From assembly GCA_964057225.1 (NCBI GenBank), contig OZ059897.1, forward strand, positions 15,872,001 to 15,936,000: a stretch of 64,000 nucleotides of DNA. Reading direction: 5' to 3'. A program made the position numbers and the translations under genes. The number at the start of each line of letters is the position of its first letter. The first letter of the stretch is position 1. Below, piece after piece: positions 54,501 through 64,000 of this stretch. The notes below the pieces were generated by a model. It was not told where the DNA came from. It did not search any database and saw nothing but the letters and a program-made list of their open reading frames with translations. Source of the stretch: Auanema rhodensis. Lineage: Eukaryota; Animalia; Nematoda.

Positions 54501-57500
54501 AGTTTAATCTTTGGTAATGGTTTCATTGTGAACATCTTCATCAAAGGATTGGGAGTGAAAGGATTAGATAATTCCAGAATAGGCTTTTCCCAATCTGCGA
54601 ATATAGGTGGAGGTGGAGGTGGAGTGAGCTGTATTTGCTAAATTGAAGCGTTAAGAACAGTATAATAGAAGATTGGTGATACCTGGTTTAACTGACGTTT
54701 CTCCCGAATGTTCCGTTTATCTCGTGAGAAGAGTAATCTCTCTAGAAGATCCGGGTCGAAAAGCTTTGGCTGTGGGGTCGGTGCTGGAGTGGTCGTAGTT
54801 CTTCGCAGAGATGGGAAAAAAACTGCCAATGATTTTTCAAGTATGCTCTGAACATATTCAATCGAAGGGTGAATGTCTTAGAAGTAGATTTTTACCTGTT
54901 TTTTAGTTGTTGGGGCCTGGGTAGTGGTAGTGGTTGTAGTTGGTATAAATGTGATTCCAGTCATATCTTTTGATAGAGAATCAAACTGTCTTTGCCATGG
55001 CTCGATATAAGGCCTTAACAGTCTTTCGATCAATGGAGGTTGTGGGGTTGTAGTAGTAGGTGGCTTTTGAAGTCGTTCGAATATTTCGAACAAGCTCTTT
55101 GAACTTGAAAGGGGACTCTAGATGTTTCATTACAAAAAAAGTATTTCTAACTTTTAATACTTACCTGTTCCTTCTCCTTCTTTATTTTCTCTGCGTAAAC
55201 TCTAGCTTTTGCGTTTTGCTGCATCATATCAAACATATCCATAAATGGAGACATCAGGGGGGCAATAATCTCATTAGCATCTATATCTGATTTCCCAGAC
55301 TAGAATAAATTATTTCATATAAACGGACAAAAAAAACAAAGAGTTACTGGTATAGCTTTGTAGTCTTCGAATCTGATCCGATTGAAAAATGGCTCAGAGG
55401 GATCCTTACGTGCATAGAAAGGTTCATCAGCCTGAATTAACAGAGGCGAAAGCAAAAGTAGCAACCAAATCAACATGCTGTTGAAGAAAATGAACAGAAA
55501 GTGCAAGAATGGGGTCAGCGGGGGAGACAACTTTCGTTTTCTGATGGGCAATAAGAGCGGATTCGACACGGATATAGCAGCTATCAGATAGGGCAAGTCG
55601 CTATTGTTTGAAAAACGAGGTGGCCAATCGGGTTTCGAATTATCATAATAGCTAGCTAGAACGAACAATAAAAGACATTAATTTTGATTTTTATATTTTT
55701 GTATTTAAGCTTGCTGCTGAGAAGCAAAAACCTGGAGCGACGGGGTAATTGAATTATTAGTGATATAGTACATATAATATATCTGTTAAGATCTGGTGAG
55801 GAATTCGAAAAACTACAATCAGAGAAAAAAGAATTGGAAACTAAACTGGAAGAGCATGTGAAGCAGGTCACCGATCTGAATTCCGAGAAACAAGTATGCA
55901 ACATATTATTAATAGCATGAAGAACTGAGTTTTAGAAATTTTTAACTGAACTAGATATGAAATCTAATGAGATTAAAGAGTGTCACATTCGGCTCCAATT
56001 GTTAACAGCTCAATTAGGTAAAATCAAAGCAGAGCTTGCCGACTCGCACAAAACCATTAAGGTTTGCTCATGTTATAAAATTGATTTTTAATTTTATGCA
56101 ATCGATTTAGGGGTTAGAAGAGAAAAAAGGGTCTGTTCCATCTACAGAAAATGATCAATCCTCATTGGTATTGGCTTCAACTGCATCACTTCCTGGAACT
56201 AGTGCAAGGTAAATGACATTTGTAGGAGATTCTTCTATGAATTTATTGTAGCACAGCACGTGTTGCTGCCGCCTCACTATTTTCAACTACATCATCATTT
56301 TCAAGCGTAAGTTTTATGATTTAAACTAATATAAATATATTTTGTAGTATCCATCAAGTGTTGGAACTTCTTCGGTGGCTTCCACATATACTAGGCCTAC
56401 TGGTTCGGTGAGCTAATTTCATAAAATAGTTGCGAAACATTAATTTTGATAGGTATTTGAATCATCTAATATTTCTTCCAACACTGTTTCGGCCACGTCT
56501 GTCGCAGGTCAGAGCAATCAGGTATCTGGCAGCATTAATGTCGGAGATGAGTCAATTGATGAAGTTCTCAACGGTATTCCGTACAACCAAAGTTTTTCTT
56601 AATCTAATCTAGTAGGAGGAGAATCAAGAGATAGCGCAATGAATGCACCTGTCTCAAGCACTGATGCCGGAAGAAAGCGCCCTGCCGCTGAATTTGGTGC
56701 TGATTCTGAAGTAAAACGACAACGGGAAAGCCCTAATGAAACAGTTACCAGCAGTGAGCAAGCCGCTGTTCTTCAACGTAAGATTTGTAGTAAACTTTAG
56801 AATACAATGAAAATTTCTCAGATGAAAATGCAGCAGCTCCACCTCAAGAGGACGAAAATAGTAGCAGTCAAGATGCTATTGTTTTCCCTCCAGAGGAAGA
56901 TCACTCTGATGATGGAATTCATCACGATTTAGCTGGAAATGAGGCTTGTGACCACTTCTTGAAGTAGTACTTATGAGTTTCTTTGTAGGGACTATCTGAT
57001 GAAGAGAATGAAGGTTTAGGAGAAGACTATGATGATATTGCTGGACTTGATCAAGATGTTGAGGTAAAACATTACCTTTTTGGTTTTGTCTTTATTAAGA
57101 AATTTAGGAAATTTCTGATGACGGAGATGTTATTCAAGTTGACGACGATGATGAAGAAGGAGTAGAAGGAGAGGAAGGCGAAGATGAGGATGACCTTGGT
57201 GCTGATGCAGGCGAGGATGAGGATGATGATATTCTTGAAGTTCCTATTGATGGTATAGTAACGTAGAAAGAACACATTAATTTTCTGAGTTTTATTAAAG
57301 AACATTCACGTTCTGCTGCTTCTCTTGATCAAGACAGGGAAGCTGCTTCTGCTATGGAAGAAGCTGATGATGAAGAAAGAGAATCTGTTGACAGTGGAGC
57401 TATTCATGGTGAAGTCTCTGCTTCACATCCTATCGCTTCCAATGTGGATTTAAGACCACAACGGGCTCCAATTGTGTTTAACGTTGAAAGTGACGATCAA

Positions 57501-57672
57501 TGCTCTAGCAGGTATCTTTACCACTGAAGACATTTCTCATTTTTATACTTATAGTAATGAAACAAATACTGTATCACAACAAGCATCTGTTCTTCGTGGT
57601 GGGCGAGGGGGTCGTCCCCGACGAGGGGTTCCTCTCTATCAAAGAGGTCGAGGAAAACGCGGAAATAAGTAG
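48600..57672 (+). CDS. npp-21: Nuclear basket nucleoporin Tpr/Mlp/Megator
   Basis: Very long coiled coil with the Tpr motifs LSPAAAETSRFVKGGMTLT, SIVQLQKRNMQL, VIQFLRDEKE and ARSLAIKYR, followed by an acidic region and an RGG-rich C-terminus. Many short introns. Divergent from pgam-5. Confidence 0.85.
54293..55476 (-). CDS. osm-8: Secreted Pro/Thr-rich mucin-like protein (OSM-8-like), nested antisense in an npp-21 intron
   Basis: Signal peptide MLIWLLLLLSPLLIQA, TTTT/P-rich tracts, dibasic RDKR and REKR sites, and C-terminal LQDPFYNPLFPNRKSKFFDLLAGGEAGRVLG*. It lies inside host intron 54180-55709. The symbol rests on recalled architecture and on recalled linkage to npp-21/pgam-5. Confidence 0.7.
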
Positions 57673-57905
57673 ATAGTTTGTCACATTCCCTAATTTAAAA
57701 ATTAATTACTACTCTCGACTTTGTATGTTTTAAATTACTTGGGTTAGAATAAAATTAATGTCTGCACAGATCTTCTGTAAAGAACGTATCACGCGTATTT
57801 TCATCATTGTATCAAATGGCTTTTATCAATAAAATATTTACTAACTTTCATTGTCACTGTGCTTAATCAGTTAACAACAAAAGAATTTAAAAATGGGTCA
57901 GTGCA

Positions 57906-58208
57906 TTTGTTGCAACCCACTACTCGATCCAGGGAAAATTCAATTTATGTTAGCAGTTGTATATAGCACGACAATAAAAAGTAGACCATGAAGGTGTATA
58001 AGTATAAGCCTAGGCTTATCCACTACCTAGAGTTGCGCTTAGGCTTATCCACTACCTAGAGTTACGCTTAGGCTTATCTACTACCTAGAGTTACGTTTAG
58101 GCTTATCTACTACCTAGAGTTACTCTTACGCCTATTCACAGCATTTGAGAATACTTTTTTCGAGTAGTTAAAAAAACAAAGATTTGGAAATTTTGGGGTG
58201 GCAACAAA
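57906..58208. mobile_element. Possible degenerate MITE-like element with 13-bp inverted termini enclosing the minisatellite
   Basis: TTTGTTGCAACCC (57906-57918) versus GGGTGGCAACAAA (58196-58208): a 12/13 inverted match. No clear target-site duplication seen. Confidence 0.3.
58004..58134 (+). repeat. 29-bp minisatellite (~4.3 copies) containing TTAGGCTTA, starting with a 16-bp palindrome
   Basis: Unit ~TTAGGCTTATC(C/T)ACTACCTAGAGTT(A/G)CGC. TAGGC recurs at 58011, 58040, 58069 and 58098, with a degenerate copy at 58127. Palindrome ATAAGCCTAGGCTTAT at 58004-58019. Confidence 0.92.
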
Positions 58209-58716
58209 ACCGAAAGACGTTTGTATGCACCACATCCTGTAAACGTTCATTCATTACATAAACTCAGATGAACATTAACGATTATAAAAAATAGATCTCA
58301 AGAAATATTTTATTCAAGGTTATTTTACTAAATTTTTTTACCTACTTAAGGTACATTGAGCAAGCATGGCTAGGCCACGTAAAAAAGTGAACAGTTGGGA
58401 TTTTAACCAGGACCCGCCGACGAGAAGGCGACAGTGAAGTGAAATTTAAAAAAAAAAGTAAAATCACAGGAAATAATTGAAAACAATAATTGTGGCAAGC
58501 AAATCATAGAATATAGACTATAAAAAGTGATGAAGAGGAGACACACAGATGTGAAACAAAGATATCACAATGGCGATCAATTGAATATACAAAAGAGATA
58601 AAGATAAACTATATATGAAACGAATTTGAATGAATTCACAGCTTAATTAATATGTTTTCTATAGTTAATTTTACAAATTCTTATTTTACAGATTTTGATT
58701 ATAGAAGAGATCAAGC

Positions 58717-61700
58717 TCATTTCTTCTTAGAACCACCATCTTCTTCATCGATGGTTGACAGAGTTACATGGTAATCATGTCCTTCTGAAGATGACGAGTT
58801 CGACGCCGACATCTTCGGAGGCGCTTCAAACATCTCTACTTCAGCACCTTAAAATAAATATTTCATATAACGATTCTCCAATCAGATCACAAAGTTTGAA
58901 GGAAAAAGCATACGTTGTTTGCGCTGTGATGGTGGAGCTGGGAGATGATTGGATCCATCAACTGGCGTTAACTATAAAAAAATGAAGTAATTAAATAAAT
59001 CGTCAAAGATCATACCTCTGGTTTGGGTCCGATTAAAGATAACAACACAGGGAGAAGACATAGTCCATTGAATACTCCTAACATAACCAATACAGACATA
59101 ACGATGAAGAAATATTTAACGACAAAATCGAATTGTGAGAATACCAGCATAACAATACCTTAAACAGAGGAAATTTTCAGTAATAAAAAATTTAATTCTC
59201 ACCAAGAAGAGTAGAAATAGCTCCGTGGAATACTGGAACAAACATGTGCTGCAAGCAGGAATCTAATCGATCATTCACAGTTCCGAGAGCAGTTAAATAA
59301 GCCAAAACGACGTGAGCTGTGAACTCGACACCGATACCAACAGCACAGATAAGGGTGACAGCAGAAATAGGATTCATCTTTATGCCCACTAATCCCATAA
59401 ATCCTCCGAGTTCAATAGTGACAATAACGACAATAACCATTACCTAAATGGCGATAATCAAAATCTGAAGGTTAACATTGAAACAAACCATAGCAGCAGC
59501 TTGTGGATTGAACATCAAAATGGAAATGACGGTGAATACAGCAAAAGCAATAATACAGATGGCACAGAAGAGATTCCAGCGAAGGTGAAGGTATTGCTCC
59601 CAGAAAGTGAAAGCTAAACCGCTTGGGAAGTTAGGAAGTCCTTTTTCGGTATAATCTTCGCAGATTGCTCTTATTTCCTTGATCATTTCAACAATTGGAG
59701 GAGTATCAGTGAGTCCAGTTTGATAATAAGGAATTTGGGAATAAAGCAAAGGACGTGCAGGTGGTACAACAACTTCTTCCTTAAAATAAATAAGTATTTT
59801 CTTGAATTCTAAATTAATTAGACATACAGGCGCCATAGCCCAGCCAGGTGGAACAGGGAAAAACGAAGCTTGAGATACATAGTACATCATATTATCAATG
59901 TTGTACCATCCAGTAAGGTAATTATAAAATCCTTCAGGATTAATAATTCCGTCCTCAGCAACAAGCTTTACAGTTCCAATCTGAACATTATTCAAAAATG
60001 TAATTGAAACATTTTCATAATAACTTACTCGTCCAGTACAGTTATAATGATGTCCGAAAGAGCAGACCAAACGGCGAGCAATGAGAGCCTCAGGAGCTGG
60101 TTTGTTCTTTCCTTTCATAGGTAAACCAGTAACAGGATCCATCGTTCCTGCTTTCAATTCTTTGTCTAGAGCAACATCCAGAGATTTCAGCCAAGTTCGC
60201 AACAATGACATCCAATATGGTTGAAGTTTTCCATCAGCTTTAATCATGTAATCGGACTTTCCTAAAATGAAATAATATTTTATGGAAAGATTTCAAAGTG
60301 ATTGCCTAAAGATTCTCGATATTCTTCGATCAATCCTTGTTGATTGGGGATATCAATAGTGCCTCCTTTAAGAACGGCAAACATAGGGTAGAAGGAGAAA
60401 TATTTTTCACGAGCTCTAAGGAAAGCTGCAGGTGGAGTGTTCTCTGGTAAAACATCTGACAACTCTAATCCAAGAGTTGAACTGTACATTCCATATAAAC
60501 CGAAAACAACTGCAAGAGTTGTGCATCCAACAACAAGCCACTGTAGAAAAAACAAACATATTTGGTAAAGAAACCCGTAAAACTTACTTTAACAGAGTTT
60601 TTCTTCAGAGCGGGAATATAGTAATTAGTCAAGAATCCTCCTACAGTATACCAAGGTTGGCTACGAGTGAATTCTGTAATCTCAGCTGGCTCCATGTACT
60701 TGTGTTTTTCCTTCTAAAACGAAATGTATTTTCCATCTGACATAATTAAAAAACAGTTACCTCTTTCTTTGCCTCATCTGGTCGAGCTCCACGGCTACAC
60801 CAAACCAGATCCCTTTGTCCTCTTCGTTGTCTACGAAGATCCAAGCCAATGAAAGCAGGGAAGATGAACATCAAGGAAGCCAAGTTGAAAGCCAGAAGGA
60901 TAGCAGTCTATTTTCGAAGAAATAATAGTATTAATATCTGATTCTATTTACCTGAGAGCAGAAAGAACGAAGTGCAGGGATTGGAAGAACGTACCCAGCA
61001 ACGAAAGCCAAAATATTATTGATAGAAGTTACCATAACAGACATTCCAGTTTCTTTGAGAAGAATTCCCATTTCATTTCTGTTACAGATATTCACAATTT
61101 CGTCATAATTATGGAGGAGCAGGAACATATCATCAATTCCAAGACCCAATGTGAGGAAAGGAACAATCTATAATGAAAAACAATTGATTTTCATCTTAAG
61201 GTGATATTGTGTACCTGAGTTGTAGCAGCGTTGAAGTTGATTCCTAAAGCAGTTGTAACTCCAAGTCCACAGATAGAAGAGTAAGTGACCAAAAATACAC
61301 CAACAACAGCAAGGAAGACATTGGATTGAATAGCCAACCATCTTCCTTCAATTCTAGCTTGAGTGAAAATAGCATAAACAATCTGAAAACTTTATTTTAT
61401 CCGAATATAATAAGTATTAATATGTACCATGAGACCGTATCCAATAAAGATAATAGCATAGTTGAATTGAGAGAATTCTTCAAGCATATCTGCAATAGAG
61501 GTAGAAGCCAAGGGATGGTAAACTCTCTTTTCAGGATTCTGTAAGTAAAAGCGTATCATCTGCATTCCTTAAAATGAACTACCTCAAGATTTGCCTTATG
61601 TCCATATAGTTTCTTAGTAAAGTTTCTTTGCCAAGCAACGATGATATCATTTGCCCATCTTGGATTCCATCTGTGAGTGTCAAGATTAGGGTGAAGGTCT

Positions 61701-63919
61701 GGTTTTCCCTCCTGTAGAAATATGTGAAATAAGAATTATACAATATTTTCTGTATACCTTAAATCTAAGATAGACATCAAACGGACTAGCTACAAGGAAA
61801 ACACTTTGTAAAGCTTCAGCAGACTGAAGCTTATTATCTCCTCTCTTGATTCCTCCGATAATGAGATCTTCAGGCCATTCCATAATATTCTTACCGAATC
61901 CTTTGCAACCTCCATGCATTACCTATAAATTACGAATTATTTTCGCTATCAAGAATTACAAAATGAATCACCTCTCCATAATCAGGATAACGTGGAAACT
62001 CTTTCTCTGTTAAAAATTCTCCCCATCTGTCAGGATTTTCTTGCATCCATTCAAGTAATGAAGGACCATACTCAAGACAGACTGTATCTTTTTTAGCAGT
62101 TTCTTTCTTAGGCGCAATAGCTAAAATATTAAAATTAATAATTTTAGAGGTTGAAATCTTCATATTCTTACTTCCATTTCCATCAAGACCGGTAATATCG
62201 TAATCCGCATCGTCTTCATAGTTATAGTAATCATCTTCCTTAGCTGCTGTCGTTGAGGTCTCCGTTGCTACAGATGGATCTGCTCTTTTTCTTCTTTTTT
62301 TTCCTAATCAAAAAAATTAAAAAACGAACTTTACATTTTTATACCGAAGATGTCATTGATAATAGATTCAGTCAAAGTGCTGGAATCTTTTGGAGTAACT
62401 TCTTTAGCAAGAACTACAGCTTCAAGTGTGATTTTCTCTGATTCATCTTTAGCCATATTCCATTCATTAAATTTCTTCAAGGCATTGCACTTATCAAAGT
62501 AATTTGGTGAAGTTGGTGGACAATCGACATCAAGAGGGTCGATACATGGACGGTCGAGATAAGCTGCTCCAATTCCAGCCTGTAAACAAAATTTTGCGAT
62601 GAAAAACAAAAATGAAATCCTTACTCGTTCGAAGAAGTTTCCGATTGGTCCTAGATCAAAAAGACTTCCAACTTCACTCATTACAGCAGTTGGATCAAGA
62701 TTTTTCCATGTAACATTACCCTTTGGAAGAGAAGAAATAAATCCAGAAATTTCTTCACTAAAACAATAGTGGTGTTTCAATAATATTAATTCAAAATTTT
62801 TTACAAACCCTAAGTTAAGAGGTGGACGAGGTCCTAATGGTTTAGCTCCTTCCCAATAACAATCAATAGGTGTAATCCAAATACAAGGTATGATTTTATC
62901 CAACAACGTCGACATAACTTTGGCTAGTGGACCAGAATTGAAACTTGGGCTAGGTGGCTTGAAACAAATATCGGATAAAGTCCATTTCCTACAAAACCAA
63001 AATTAACTGATGATTAAACAGTGCTATACTGACTCTCCATGCATCTCAACGGAATATTGAGCAATTTCTTCCATCAAATCAACGTGTTTTAATAAAGATT
63101 TCTTTGAAAGAACATTTTCTCCTTCATAGCTGGGAGTTTGAATAACAACCTGTAAGGAAAATCGGATAAAATAATTCATAGGTAGTCCAAATATACCTGG
63201 AATCCACCACCTAAACCATTTTCTCTTGGAATTTCGGGTGTATGTCTTTCGTGTGATTGTTGTTTATGTTTTTTCTTGTTAGTTGTTGCATTTACAGGCC
63301 CAACATTAGGTGGTGGCGGCGGAGGTTCCGTAACATCTCTTTTAATCTGAAAATTTCATGAAATAAGAGTTAATAGATGAGAGACATACTCTCATAGATT
63401 CTTCTTGTACCCGTGAGAGAAATCCAAGCTCTTCGCTCAAACGTCCTCCTTCTGTAAATTACATGATTTAAATTTTTTTGTTGGAATTTTGCCTCACGTG
63501 AAACCCATAATTTAACGATATCTGTCTCAATTATGACATCTTGTAAACCAGCGCAGCAGGCAGTATAAACCAAAAGACTAAATTTGGAAAATAGAACAAA
63601 CAATTAGAAAAGAGAAATGTATAACATACGTAACAACAACAGTAGACCATGCCCATTTTTGAACAAAACATCCTATGCGGAATAACCATAACTGGAAAAA
63701 GGCACGTGCATACAGTCCGGGTCGAGCACCTGTAGCAACTCCCTGAAAAGCCAATGCAATAACATTGAAATAAATCAAATATTTTGATTTCATACCCTAT
63801 TAATCTGTTGAAGTGACATATCAGCATCGCACCATGTTGGCGCATGACTGAACTTTTTCTTCCATGCTTCTGAGAAATCTCCGGAATCGAAGTTTCCAGT
63901 TAGCTTATTGTCCAGAAAC
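58717..63919 (-). CDS. ptc-3: Patched-family RND/sterol-sensing-domain protein (PTC-3-like), 5'-partial
   Basis: [124 protein letters not shown]. Stop TGA at 58719-58717. An acceptor near 63920 implies further exons beyond the window. Confidence 0.9.
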
Positions 63920-64000
63920 TGAAAAAAAGCAAAAATATAAAGAAGTAGAAGATTACATGAAATTGTTTTCTTATAAAACGGATGAGGACTTCATTTTGAT

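Noticed and set aside
58004-58134. CRISPR array
   Set aside because: Head-to-tail units with no unique spacers, eukaryotic context, and no cas genes.

Overview
AT-rich, gene-dense eukaryotic DNA with very short (mostly ~40-55 nt) GT-AG introns and TTTCAG-like acceptors, most consistent with a rhabditid nematode. The supplied ORF track is unspliced, so I rebuilt the genes by hand. Left to right: 3' part of a Spen/SPOC corepressor (din-1-like, +); a mitochondrially targeted Ldh_2-family dehydrogenase (-) whose largest intron holds an antisense cyclopropane-fatty-acid-synthase-like methyltransferase (fcmt-1-like, +); RRP12 (+); X-box-preceded mks-5/RPGRIP1L (+) with an intronic tRNA-Ser(AGA); mrpl-20 (-); a probable operon sam-10/SSDP - mac-1/NVL - imb-2/transportin (+); a near-perfect 756-bp inverted duplication of a small secreted-protein gene; an MPPED-like metallophosphoesterase (-); pgam-5 (-); npp-21/Tpr (+) with an antisense nested osm-8-like mucin; a telomere-like 29-bp minisatellite; and most of ptc-3 (-). 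The best unexplained signals are two oversized introns, in sam-10 and mac-1, whose cores fold by eye into multibranch structures covering splice sites. Others are a 6-nt microexon, a non-AG acceptor, the junction signature of the inverted duplication, and the telomere-derived palindrome and satellite inside short inverted repeats. All identifications come from recognising sequence motifs; no searches or folding programs were run.
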